From contig DF237061.1 of the NCBI GenBank assembly GCA_000708835.1, forward strand, positions 62,001 through 126,000: a DNA stretch of 64,000 bases. Reading direction: 5' to 3'. Made by a program: the position numbers and the translations under genes. Shown piece after piece: positions 19,401 to 32,700 of the stretch (the first letter of the stretch is position 1; each line of letters starts with the position of its first letter). Source of the DNA: Klebsormidium nitens (lineage: Eukaryota; Plantae; Klebsormidiophyceae). Under the pieces are notes generated by a model. It had not been told where the DNA came from. It did not search any database and saw only the letters and a list, made by a program, of their open reading frames with translations.

Positions 19401-21321
19401 TTGGTTGCAAAAGCTGACTTCTTCCTCCACGGATTCTGAACAACACTCTTGCTTGTACCGTCGATTTCGGGGACATACGTGGAGCTTTGGCAATATGCCA
19501 AAGAAAACCCCTTCCCAAGAGACGACATCACACGACAACGGAGTGCCGTCAGCTTTTTGAATGCAGTCTCGAAAGATTTTGAGACCTTCTCGCTCGTGTG
19601 AAGCATCAGTAATTTGATGAACACTCCAGCATCTCGCACAGGACCGTCATCATTTTGATCTTTCTCACAAGGTACCAAGGGTCGTCAGTAGTGCTTTCAT
19701 TGCCTTACCAGCTTGTTCAAGGTCTTGCTCGTTGATGACTTCCACTGTACTTTTCCTGGATTTGAAGTCCATTGATCTGGCAGACGCTCGACTACCTCAA
19801 AAGAACCAGAAAGTTTTCTCTTCAAAATGTCAAAGTCGTCAGTCAGTGGTAATGTCATCATCTTACCAGCTTGTTTGACTTTTGCCTCGTTGATGTCGGT
19901 ACCGTATGCGTTCCAAGTACTCCATCCCATCCGGGGGGTGGCATTCAGCCCGTTCGCCAGCATATTTCTCCGGAGGGGATCCCCCTCAGAAGTAACGTTC
20001 AGCTACATCAGAGGAAAGCTGCTCGTTGTGTTTCTCTGGACAATCATTGGGTGCGTAAAAGAGGCGAGAGATCTTCTGAAGCACAGACTAAACACTAGTG
20101 GTCCCCTACAGAACTAACTCCGCCCGTTTGATGGGTGTTGACATCCAAAGTTTCAGCTTGGTAAACACATCTTGATTTCAAGCCTGCAAAAGGGCCGCCT
20201 CTGCTCAAGGAATTTTGTATCTGAGGAGCACCGAATGTAGGAAAAGCTTTCTTCTCTCAGCAGCCTCCTCAGACAGCCACATCAATGATAATGTAACAAG
20301 CTTCTGAGCTTCACAAAAGATGGAGAGTCCTTACGTTTGCAGCATTGGAAGTCCCTCCCACAACGTCCACTGCACACAAAAGAGGGACTTTTGGGGACAG
20401 CTAGAGATAGGTATCAGGTTTTACCCTTGGGTAAGATGACATACATAGAGGTGGGTAGATGAATGTGCAAAGCTTTCTGAGGGAGTGCTGCCCAAAAGAT
20501 CGTTAATTTGTCATTTGGCACCCAGGTATTTTGACTTGCCAAGCGGCCCGAGAATCCAGCGGTAAACACCAAGGAGCTCGTTAGACAGGGCGGTTGCAAT
20601 ATAACACGAGTGGTATAGCAGCTTCAAGGACTGGGAACCTGACGTATAATCAGACTCATCTGGTTTCAGCAGTACCAGTGGATGATCCAGGAACATTGAG
20701 GATGCTCGCTCACAGGATTCTTCATCAAGAAGTCAAGGACCCCAAACTCAATCTTTCCAAGCAAACTTGAGCATAAGAGGAGCACACAAATCAATCAGGA
20801 AAAATGTGATTGTGGATATGCTAGAATTGTGTCCTAATAGACAGAAACTCACATCAGAAGACTATTTAAAAGCAGCCACTCAGGACATGAAGGGGTTCTT
20901 GATCTTTCAGTCCCCTGACAACATTGACTTACATGGTGCATCAGCAATGAACGTCAGGGATCGGGCCACATTCAGGCATTCTGAAAGAGAAGCTGAGACT
21001 TTCCACAGAGAGAGTGCATAATCACATGTTGAATGTGCAAGAGCTTTGTGTGTGCAATTTGGGTTTTTGTGTGAGCTTCTTGCAGTATCATTCTGTCCTT
21101 GATTCAAAAGCACAGCGACCTGAAGGGAGGCTTGCATTCAATCACCATTCAGAAAGGGGCCCATATGGATAGGAGATAGAAAGAACACACAAAGCAGTGA
21201 TCTCACCTTCAAGCACTTTTCTGTTCCGGATATTCTCAGAGGTTGCCTGTACAAAGCTTGAATCTTTGGCCAGCAGCATGAGACAGACGAGGATCGCAGC
21301 AAGAGACAAGCGTCCTGCCAT
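10428..21321 (-). CDS. GH27 glycoside hydrolase (alpha-galactosidase-like), predicted secreted, with four C-terminal 8-Cys modules
   Basis: Exons (minus): 21207-21321 (signal peptide MAGRLSLAAILVCLMLLA), 20119-20183 (tentative), 19867-20002, 18990-19046, 18064-18202, 17171-17305, 16481-16571, 15810-15936, 15281-15378, 14904-14994, 14312-14505, 13494-13744, 12512-12751, 11682-12002, 10805-11101, 10428-10503. GH27 motifs: LANGLNATPRMGWSTWN, YINIDDGW, FPSGM, GLKFGLYLDAG, VDYLKYDSC (nucleophile Asp), NSWRTFYDI (acid/base Asp), WNDPDYLVVG, WAIMKAPL, EVIAVNQDSLG, RDLWA. The 5' exon structure above 20002 is uncertain. Confidence 0.9.
11784..11890 (-). repeat. Coding minisatellite, 33-bp unit x3, encoding a PNPTPAPTNPG-type Pro/Thr linker
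   Basis: gggttagg anchors at 11784, 11817, 11850 and 11883, inside exon 11682-12002. Confidence 0.9.
13367..13398 (-). repeat. Intronic copy of the 3' end and donor of GH27 exon 13494-13744
   Basis: ctcaccagcaaatggccaacgacccgggcccg versus real ctcaccagcagatggcgaacgacccgggcccg (30/32); offset 122 bp. Confidence 0.9.
19520..19750 (-). repeat. One clear and one faint intronic copy of the 3' end and donor of GH27 exon 19867-20002
   Basis: gtcgtcagt...cttaccagcttgtt...ctcgttgatg at 19681-19740 versus real 19835-19900 (offset 158 bp); fainter copy near 19520-19570. Confidence 0.75.
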
Positions 21322-23761
21322 CTCAATAATAGAACGGAAAGATCTTGGGCTCAGGGAAAGCAGAGACACGACGGGAATCTTTGCATTGGCTATCTAGTCT
21401 TTCTTGGAATGAAGTATATATCTTGACTTACAACACGCTTGCAATCTAAGATCACAAACTTCTAAAAGTAGTTCAATTCCCCAATGCTGCAATCAGTCAA
21501 AGAGCTGCATTAGGAGCTCAGGTTGGTTTCACTCGTTCCCTTTGCATTCTTCTGAGGTCACAAATTGAAAGGCATGCCAATGCAGCTTTGATGGAGAAGC
21601 GGGGCGCTGCTTTGTGGTGCTAGGATGAGCTGAAACGCTGTGATAGATAAAACCCACTGCCAGGATCCGCCGTGAGAGACATTAGCTAGAGGTTGGAAAC
21701 ATTTAGGTAGACGGCAGATGCGGTCGATGTTGTCTGATTTCCAAAACGACGTGCGCATTCCCTGTTTCCTTGGCCTCTCATTTTTCCGTCGAATCAAATT
21801 GGGTATGAAAACGGGATTACAACATTTTCTTGATCCTCATAGAGGAGCTCAGTTGACAATACGTTTGTGGTTTGATCCTGACAAATCATGAGAAGCAGTT
21901 TCTGCCACAAGGCAGCTTGTGATGAAGCGCAAAAGATATGACGTCTGTTCAATGTCGACATGGATCATGGAAGCCCACTAGTGGCACATTATTCTAATTT
22001 CTGAGACATATCCAACGCACCTTGGCCGGAAGTTGGAATCAAAACCTTTCAGACCTTCAAGTTCAAGTTTGGCCGGGCTCTTGACAAGCTTACCGAAAGG
22101 GGTGACTGGGCCCTGCCCTGCATTCTCTTGCATGGCGCTATGTAGCAGTGGTCTCATGTGTGGCCGGCCGGGCGACGGCCGGCGAAAGCTCCGCCCGAGC
22201 ACGATCCGTACGGTTGCACAGTGGTCGAAAGGCCGCGCATTCATTGCAGCCGTACGGTTCGGGACTCGTCTGGCCGCAGCATGCACCTGGAGCTGCCAAC
22301 TGGCACAAGCACAGGCAGCGCCGTGTTTTACGGACTTCGGCTCTTGCTGACGTAGGTGTACAGTCATCGAAAGCCGACTCCAGAAATCAGTCCGAGTCGT
22401 CGACGGCCGCGCCCCCGGGGCCCGCCAGGCTAGTAGCCTGAGCTCATCATTGGCTGCATGAGCCGGCATGAGCCGCCAGCCACAGTCGCGGCCGCATTGA
22501 GTGGCCATTTACCAATGCGTGAGCATTGGGCTTCAAGTTTGGGAAGCGCTGCATGTCTGGCAAACTATCATCCTACACGGGAAGAACTGAACAGGTTGAG
22601 CGGCTGCTCTGATTGGCAGTGAGAAGTCACAATTTGGCCCACTAGCTGACTTGGCGCAGGGGCTTCGCACGGTGGAGCGGACCTTTTCAGCTGTTTACAT
22701 CAGCCTGTGCGATCCTTATGTAACAATTTTCCGAGAGTTTCTCAGTTGATGATGCCGCGCGCGAATTATGAGCGAATTATGATCATGGTATGAATCATCA
22801 TTCGTTTATACGTCTGAAGAGTTTCCAATTCGATTGCATAGCTAGAATCAGCAGGTTTGATTTGTAGCTCTGACGGTACCGCCCCAACTTAGTATACAGC
22901 TATAGCCTAGGGCGGGAGCCTGTAGGCAAGCCGCTCCCTTGCTCGCGCAAGTTCCTCAAGTTAACCACGCGGTACGTCTATGATCGAAGCTCGGATGTCG
23001 GTTCAAGATTGGGGCCCAACTGCAACTTCAAATTAATTGGGTACCATGATGAGTCGCCCTGATATAACGACATCGAATCTACTATTTATATTTGTAATTT
23101 TGGTGACACGGACATCATGACAGATCCACATACCACTTCCATAACGGAGAGTCCATCAAGCCGACTAGCTATAGAACCCGCAGCCTGGTACCTGGTTGGG
23201 AATATCGAACAGCCGATGGTTGCTCCTGCTCGACAATATCTTTATGAAGCCAAATGGAGTGTGCAAGGAAACCTCCGACGTGCTGCTTAATCAGTAACCA
23301 GCGTTGCCATTCTATACTACAGAATCATACCAGCAGTAAAAAGTTATCCTACACCTCCCGTCGGATTAGCTCTCTTTTAAGAATCTATATGCCGTATTGC
23401 GTCAAAAGAGATTTCGTCCTGCGTTATCTTGGTCGCCGCATGTAATTGATTACAGTAAGGCCGGTTGCCAGTCACCGACTGTAGGACACTTCGCTCAACT
23501 ATGATACAGTTCTCATCTCAGTTTGAAAGTCGATCTGCTCGCGTGCTCAGTACACTTATGTCACTCTGCCTTTAAGTCCCTTGTAGTCACCGACCAAGGA
23601 CACCTGTTTAGTCATGGTACAGTTCTCGGCTCAATCTAGAGATCATCACGTTCGCGTGCACAGTACACCTATATGAACCACTGAATTCTTTGTAGAACAT
23701 TTAATTCGATCAGAAGTTTCTCAGCTTTAAGCATCAACGCAATTGCACATACACAGCACGC

Positions 23762-26700
23762 TTACTCTTGGAGCCAACGCTCCGCGACCCCCGCAATCTG
23801 GCTTTCAACCAACTCCCCATTCTCGGCGGCCCCCTCTGCATCCGCTGCTTCCTTCCCGTCGCACAACCACGACCCTGCATCGTCCCCCGGTTCCAGGATG
23901 GTCTCGAAGTCCTCCTCCTCTGGCACCTGCAACAGATTGTCTTTCGAAATGAGAATATGTTGCTGGAGTGTGAGGGGAGGAGGTGCTCAGCATTGACTTC
24001 CTAGCACGCCCAAAATTACAAGAGGTCCCGCAGTGTGGTCTAAGAGTTGACTGAAAGCTCAACATTGTGACTGCTGGATTATTGCGCTCGCGACGATCTG
24101 CCAACGCCGAGGGTTTGCAGAAAGAAGGTCCCGGTGCAGTCAATGCGCTGGAGCGATTACAACGCAGGGCACCCAAACCAAGCATCGCAAAGCGGGTGCG
24201 TCACAGAAGGAGTGCGTCAAGCGAGTAAACCTAATCCTGCTTTTGAGGCTGCTCTAATGCAAAGAGTCAGTGCCTGAACACTTGCGTAGCTTGCTGGGCA
24301 GGTTAGGCAATAAGAAGCCGGTGAAAGGAGAGTGACGTACCGCTGACGCCAGGCGCAGCAGTCCCACAGCCGCCGCCACGCTCTCATCCTCCACGACGTC
24401 CGCGTTGTGGACGCCGACGGGCTTTGACGCCCCGTCCAGCCGCGACTTGGGGTCGGTGTCTTCTTCACCCAAGAGAGATGCGAGAACTTCCTGCAACATG
24501 GAAGTTTAGCGGCATTTTAAGGTTGGTAGGTACACATGTCGAGTAAACGGCTTCGATCCGATGCAGACACATGCAACCAAAGGCGGGCTTAGCCAACGGA
24601 AGCAGGCTTCAGCGGAGAGCTCATCATTTCCCGGTTGCTTTCCGCAGGGACACGAAGCTTGCTCAAACTCACGTTACACCGCAATCCGACAGCTGAGCAC
24701 GTTAAAATGGTCAAAGTTGAACTTTGAGCACTGACCGCCCAGACTCCGGGGGACGGATCCGCTCCAGCTGCCACGGCCTGCTGCTCTTTCGCGGCTGCCG
24801 CCTGCTCTCTCGCCGCCGCCTCCTGCTCCGCTGCCGCCGTCTCCTGTCGCGCCGTGGTGCGCACCCGCTCGCTCTGGCCCCCCGCCGCTGCAACTACCGG
24901 CCCCGCGCTGGCCAAACTGGTCGTCACGACGGCGCGCACCTCGCACTCGGTGAACGCCTGCAGCGGCACAAACGGCGCAACGATCATGCGCAAGGAAGAA
25001 ACTCTGAACGGGCGCAGCAGCGCAACGATTCGAAGCAACTCGAATGCTGTTGCAAAATGATCAGGAAGTGGACAGTGTCCACTCCACTTGGCGCGTCGCT
25101 TGCAATCAAAGCGCCCTACTGTTCAGCATTACCGCTCTGCAAACGGACGCATCCCCTCAGGGTGCAAATAGATAGGGGTCAAACGGTGGGATCGACACTT
25201 GACCCAAAACTAATGCATCAGGTCCAATCGCTTCACACGCGTACCTTGCTGCCCTTCTTGGTAGCGGACTTCTCCGCCGTGCTGATTGTCCCCGTCCCAT
25301 TCGCATTTGCTGCCGCCGTCGCCGTGCTTTGGCCGCCGGTTGCCAAAGCCAGCCCGCCCCCGCCCACCACAAATGCGCAGCCGGCCGGCTTCTCCACCCA
25401 GTTCTTCAGAGGGGCCTGCTCATCGGAGGTGGGGGTGCAAAACGTGGAGGGGGTTGCGGTGGCTTGTACCTGCAAGCATGTGAACGATTTTGCCTGTGAA
25501 AAAGTACAGCAATGAGGGCTGAAGCAACGTAGACAATTTTGCCGCTGTGTGCTCGGCAGTGGGACGCAAAGAAATGGGGGACGGTCTAAGCGGACCTTCG
25601 AAAACTGGGGTTTAATAACGGCCTTTTTATTACCGGATAGGTGAGCAGACTGTATTGCTAACCCGAGCGACACGCAAAAAGACCTCAAAGTCTGCATACG
25701 ACAAAAGCAAATGCATAAGGACTCAGCCGGAACTTATAATGCTCGATTGCCGTTATTGTCAAAGAATCGTGTGCAAAGTCTTGCAACGGGATTGAAGCTG
25801 TAGGTTCTCCAATAGAAAGAACGATAAACGGTTGGACAACCCCGCGATGCGTCCAAACTGCACTTTCAAACATCCGTGTTAGCGCAGCCACAAATTAAGG
25901 TTAATCAAAAAACCAGACTGTTGTCAGTGTGCAACCGTCGTAAACAGACTGCTCAGCCAAAGAAATGGCTCCAGAATTGACCTCCAAGGGAACGCCAAGC
26001 GCAAAAATGGGGCTGACGACTTGGCAGTGTCCACCGCCCCACTTGATAAACCTACGAAAACATTCAACGGAAAGCCCGGGCACTCACCGTTGCGTTAGAT
26101 TCGTGGAGCAATCCGGCGGAGCTGACGTAGCCGGGATTGGCAGGCGTTGCGATGCCGCTTGCGCTCTGCGTCCGCCGGCGTTCCCCGTAGCGCTGCAAAA
26201 AATGCGGTTCTTTCGTACAGCAGCTCGCCGGAATCTTCTATTGTAAATAGTCAAAAGCCTTCAGCAATGTTCCAAGCGAGTTTATGCAAGAAGGGACAGA
26301 GGACTCCTTTCACAAGCCATCTGAATCAAGGATCCTTCCCAATCCGACTGAACTGAAAGTTTGCCTCTACAGACTTGCGCGATGTTATGAAGCCAGGATA
26401 AACAGCTGGAAGGAGAGACAGGACGACGATGATTGGCAGAAGAAATGCCGATAAGAGATCGGAAATGGTTGGCTTACCGGGGGCCGGCCCGGGCTGACGC
26501 TCCGGCTCCGCGTCAGGCGCTGCATATGATCACCGAAAATCCGTAAGATCACGTTTAGAGATTGGCCCCTTTCTCCAGAAACTGAGCAACACAGACCACA
26601 TCCGATGGACTCTTTCGAGAGTTTTCCTGCAGCGACACCCAATTCAAACCGACTAGTTCTCGAAAAGTTCTTGAGCGAGTAGAGCAAATGGACTCTCTCA

Positions 26701-29700
26701 TCTGCTCATTAGAGGCAGCAGACTGCAGCCTGGAGCACAACATAGGACCTGATTTGAATTCATCTTCCGCTTCCGCTTTACATACCTGCGACGCCGCGTC
26801 GCCCACCCCGGACCCTCTGCCGCGGACCGTCACGTAGTCACAGCTCGCAGGAGTCTGGGATCGGAGGTGAGGCGCCTGCGGGATCATGGACACCCTGCCG
26901 CCGACGGCGGCCGCTTCCACGGAGCTCTCGTCCCTCTCGGCTCCCGCGTCGCTTTCTTCGCTGACGCCCTTCGCGCCGTCGATCTCGTTCAGCTCCACGG
27001 TCCGCCGCTGCCCTCCACCGGACTTGGTTCCCGTCCGTCTCGCGTTCCTCTCTCCGTCCTGGCCAACGCCTTCTCCCTCATCTTGGCCATTTTCTGTTAA
27101 AATACCACGCCTGTTTGCTTCCGCAGAATCGCTCTCTGGCTCGAAGCCGGTCTCATTCTCCTTGTTCTCGTCCCCCTGCTCGTCATCCGCCCCGCCACCG
27201 GTCAGCCCGTTGCCAGTACTTTTTTCTCCTGTATGTACATCTTCTTCAACAGCCGCGATCTGCCCGCCTTGACCAGCCGTAATCTGGCGCTCCATTCCTC
27301 CCCCTTCCACTGTCCCCCGTCCTTCCCTGCGCTCTCCGTCCTTCGGTTCTGCCGGCTTCTCCTCCGTCTGCAGGAGCGCGAAGTCGGCCTCCAGCACAGC
27401 ATCACGGGCGGCTTCCCAGTCTCGGATATTCTTGAAGACTTGCTTTCCAGCCGGGTTGCCGGTCTTCGTCTTGTAGGCCGAGACGATGCGCTCCAGGACG
27501 CCGCCCCCATCCGACGGGAGCGTCCCCGCCTGCCGCTTAGCTTCGAGCACGGACAGCGCGGGGGCTTCGCCTTTGAGCACCCCCCCGCTCAGCTCCAGCA
27601 GTGCGTCCAGGAGGTCGACCGTCTCCATTGTCAGGATCTCGTTCGCCAGGTCGAGACGGTCGCGGGCGGCGGCCATGCGTGCGTCGGGCTCGCCCTCATG
27701 AACCGGCTCCGGCGGCGGGGTGACGTCAACATCCTGGCCGGGGGGAGTGCGGTCCTCATAGCTGCCGACTCCCTGCATTGGACCGGTCGGATAAGTCAGA
27801 AAAGGATCATCCCGATGGAAGCGTGTACAAGCAGCACGCTAGCCTTTCTGAGTTCTGGGTGCGACAACCTCTCTGGAGAAATATTGTTGAGATGGCGACC
27901 CAAAGCGGCTGTGTTTTGCAAGACCACAATATCAAGCAGGAAGGAACTGTCAGCATGTCTTGAATCCTTTTATTATAACAAGCAGACTGCAAACACCTCC
28001 GTAACAGTCTGGAACGCGAGCATTTCAACGCTGTTGAGATTCAATAAGAACATCGCAAGTGACGAAACTCCTTCTCAAGCTTTCATCGAGCATGTGCAAC
28101 AAAATGGTCGGGAGTCAGTTCCTCCAGTTCCGGCTACTTGCGAGAAGCAAACCCTATGAGGTGTTTCTCATACAAACCCTAGCAGGCTCCTGCAATAAGG
28201 GATTCCCAAGACTTGACAGCCTCCGAAAACTTAAGAAGTCTGGAAGGGGAATCTATTTAGTTACCTGGACCTTGTCTGATAGAACGCCCTCGTCCTCCTT
28301 CGTCTCCTCGTTCTCGTTCACTGCCTGCGCCGTTCTGCTGACGTCGCCTCTCGTACCGTGCCCCACGTTCCCGTCAGCGGCGTCCTCCGCCTCCTCTCCT
28401 GCAGCCGTCGGGGGTCCCTCAGCAGTGACGTCGCCGGCAGACAGGAACGCGCCAGCTGGCTCGACACCTTGCGGCGGAGCGGCGATTCCCGTCACACCGG
28501 TCGTGACTCGGGGCTGCAGAAAGAAACAAAGACCGCGCATCAAAGTATGCTGAAGTATTCAGACCATTGGAAACTTACGATATTTCGGACGGCAGCGAGC
28601 ACGTCTTCGTGAGCTGTCGAGAGTCATAGTACTCTGTTTCCATCATGAATAAGGTCAGAGGAGGAATCCAAGCAACAGAAGGTGCCTTTAAAGTAACCCA
28701 TCAAGCGGGAAAGCCAGAAAGCCCGAGTACCATTTGTGAGGAACAGAGATGAAAATGATCAGAATCTAAGTAAATTTCAGCTTCTTTCACCGTTTCTTTC
28801 TGAGGTTCTTCCAGATCTTCTTCCTAACGGTTTTGGAACTCTTAAGCAAGTTGCAGTCCCCACAAAACACTCGTAGGTAGACACTTCAAGTCCCATTCTT
28901 TTCAGATACATGGTAACGTCTGGTAGGACTGTCTCTACATAAGCTGAACGCAAAGTGCAAAAAGTGCCTACTTAAAGCAGACGAAAGAAGGCTTGCGTCA
29001 TCAACACCTGGACGCCCTGCCAATCTGTGCTGCTTACCTCGCTCGCTCCGTGTGGTTGCGCGCCACCGCTGACGTCAGCCGCAGGGGCCTCCCTCTCAGT
29101 GGCGTCGCCAGGGGTCTCCAACACGCCCTTCTCCTTGGTGTCCGTGGGGTCGGAGAGAACAACGCCGTCGGGCTCGACGCCTTGCGGCGGAGAAGCGCGT
29201 CCTGAGCGCACCGTGTCGACCGGAGTCTGCAGATGCAAAAAAGCGCAGGATATCACCATGAGCTTCTCTTGTTGTTTGCTCAGGAAAGCACGCTTCGCCG
29301 CAAATTCCTAGTTGCCTCTGCACTGCATGCGTCCTGGCTTTCGCTTCAGAGTGGACGCAAAGAACTGCTCTCTTCTTGAAACGTATGCGATGGGCCGGAG
29401 CATGAACACACACCCCAGAGGATGCATATTCTGGAGGTCCAGCATCCTTTCAAAGACAGAGCAGAAGATGCTAAACCTTGTTCAAGAGGAAAGGAGATGC
29501 TTTTCAAGACCCTGTTTCTGCCTTGGCGTGCGTGCATATGAGGACCAAAGCATGAAACTTTGTCAACCTTGCAATGGTTTCCAAGTAGGCTTTCCTGATC
29601 ATCCAAGCACGAACCTCCAAAAGACCTGAGGGAATAGAGCGCCAGAAGTTCCACAAACAAGGCCAAACCTTACTTTGTTAACATCCTCCAAACGACCTGT

Positions 29701-32700
29701 GTTTGGACGCTTGTTCCCCGCCACCTCCTTGACACCGCTGCTTGCGTCAGCTCCAGCCGGGTGCGCAGTGTCCTTGCCGCCAGTGGCCTTGGCTTCCTCG
29801 TCGACGAGCTCCTCTGGATGCACTTGAGCCACGTCGTCTTTGGCAGACGGAGAGTCGTCGGCTGGCGTAGTCAGTCGCAGCGGGGGCCCGTCGTCATTCG
29901 CAGCACTTTGAAGGGTTGCCTGCCGACATCAAGGAGAGGATATCCACTGAGGAGACTTCTACAACTAGCTTGAGGAAAACAGCGTGCTCAAAACTTACAT
30001 CTATGTGAAGTACAGGAAATATGAAGGTCGGGGCTTTGCCTTAAATACATACAAACATTCCCCCAGAGCAGGAAAATGGAATGCGTGAGACAATCAACCG
30101 GTGACCAGGATGGAGAGCACGAGAGGGAGGACTTTCCCACTCGAATCCCCTGCAGTGCATGCTAATGCAGCTCACTTATACGGGTTCCTAGCTGCAGTCT
30201 TTTCCCTTTTCCGGCAAAAGGGACTAAATCTGCGGTTACCAATACGAGAGCAGATTGTTAGCAGGGACACCGATTTAAAAGCCGAAGCTGAGTCAGCTTG
30301 CAGCTGCTATCACAGGTTGACAGAAAATTAAAGGAATGCTTGCCTGAGCAGCAGCTGATGCTGCGGGGGTCCCAACGCCCTGCTCCTGGGAGGTGGTGGT
30401 CTTGGCAAACAGGGCCGAGAGGTCTTTGACAGAGGTGGAGACGTGGCCAGCTTGGGCAGCAGGGACCTCGGCCTTTGGACTCTGCAAGGTTTACATTCTA
30501 TTCATCAGGTCTGCAGCCCTGACGCAACACTCGTGATTGTCAGTGACCAAAGATGCCTGTGACTGAATTCGCACATGGAGAGATTGTGGAAGGAGGCCAA
30601 GCAAAAGTCGACCTCAGAGTTGGGCCATGTGGTCTGTCGTCAGAATCACCTTACCAAATATAGCTAGTGAGCCATACAGCATTCACACTGAGTCAACACC
30701 TGATGTTGCAAGGCAGGTCCTTCTCTGTTAACATACCTCAACAGTATCTCAGTCTGCGAGGATGCATTTTTGAAGTCAGTCTGCATGTAGAAATACCGGC
30801 TGCACAAGCTCCAGGTCTAGAAACTATAGGCCAACCAGGGACTGGCTACAGAATTCAAGACGGCTTACCTCCGCTGAAGTGGTGGCCCCTGGATTGGCAG
30901 AACGCTCGTCGTCCACTTGTTGTCGAGACTTTTTCGGTTTTGGGGATACCTGACAAGGAGAAAGAAGGTGAGGTCTGAAGGTTATAAGGCACGCAATAGA
31001 AAGAATCAAAGAAGGTATGCAGCGTTCGACCAGACACGTTGTGGGAATATATTGGCTGCCTTTTGATTGCCAGAACAGAGCACAACCAGCTTCCTCGGTG
31101 TGCCAATATGTTCAAGTCTTTTCAGGCTAGAGCTAGAGAAGCACGGTACTGGAAATGATGCTGAACACAGCAAACCTCGTTGAAAAGTTTAGGGTTTTGG
31201 TGACGGTGAACGCTTAGCCTCTAATGCAATTGCACTGGCTTGCTAACCTGGCTGGCCTCCTTGTCATCGTCCTTGTCCCATAGCACCAAGCTGCCCCCTC
31301 TGAACATGAAGGACAGTCCCAGGTGGCTGAGCTTCTCCATGTTATCCTTGGGCGGCTCAAGGGAGACGACCCCATTCTGAGACAGGAACTCCAGGCATTC
31401 GTCACAAGGACCTGCAGGGGTGTCTCCCGCTGCTTCCGAGTCCTGGCGGCGCTAGTCCTGCAGGAATGGCAGCGTTGTTGTAATTCAGCATGATGTGTGA
31501 AGCAGCAGGCTCAATGCTAAATTCACACTTTCTGATGGAGGTTACGATAGGAGACTGTTTCTGCTTCCTGTCTTGGAAAGTTGCAGTGCTCATTCTGTCT
31601 TGATGGTTAGCAGTGAACGCCAACTGCAGCACTGAAGAACGCTTCTGTAGCGTAACAGCCTGAGCATGCAATCTCGAATTCATCCATCTGTTGGCAATCA
31701 GGTTAGCACCTTTTCTTGTGCTTGTAAATAGATCATGAGCACAATCGCGATCTTCAAATGTCTTGTATTTGCGAGCAGATTCAAGCTTCTTCATTAAACA
31801 CAGCAGGCATTGTAAAGCACGTACCCGGGGATGTACCCCTCTGGTGTGCAGATTGGGCCCTGCTGAGGTGGAAGGGGCCACATAGTCGGTTCCCATGCAT
31901 ACCGCCTGCATTATGAAATGATCAAAGTTCTGTAAAACAGGAGTTGTGGCTTCTTCATGAGTCAAATCCAGTAGATCTTTAACAGGTCTGGACATTGGTC
32001 CTCAACATAGCATCTTCTCTGAATCACAGCGCAAGGTGCTAAAAGGTTCCGGGGTGAGGCCCGCATAGAGCAAGCAGGGGGCCGATGAACTTCTCTGATA
32101 TTCCCTGCGCATATTTGACAGAACATGTGGACTAGAGCAAGGCTGTTCTCCAGTCTTGTTGCTATTGTTGAATAAGGAGAGTGATGAATGTCTTGTTGCA
32201 TCTTGTGCAAGGTTCCGGAGGCAGTCAAGCGGCAATCTGCAAAGCAGGGATACTGCAGGCATGTGCTTGCCAATTCTGCTCAAAACACTGGCCCCATTCT
32301 AGCAAGAAAAAGCATGGGGTATGCACTTATCGAACGCAAGGTAGATTGCATGAAACGCATGTGCCTTCTCACCTCCTAGCATCATATGCGGTGCCACAGA
32401 CACCCTTCCCCACGGGGGCCAGAAAATTCATCCCTGAAAACCGTCTTGAATCAACATGGACGGCGGGAGCTGTTGATGAGTCTCTGAACGGCTGGTGGCT
32501 CTGCAAGGCACTCCATAGTTTGACGTGAGCAAGTGTACTATTGCTCACAATTCTTTGATAATGTATCTTGCAACAAGAGAAGCTGCTGCTCTCAGACCAG
32601 ATCATTGCTGTTAACAAAGCCATGTTTGGTTTTCAACTAATGTACCAGAAAATTAGCTGACCAATGCACAATCGAATCGAGCCTTGCCCAATGCATGTTC

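Noticed and set aside
21978-22508. 176-aa minus-strand ORF
   Set aside because: No recognisable motif; long ORFs arise easily in GC-rich islands and competing frames are equally open.
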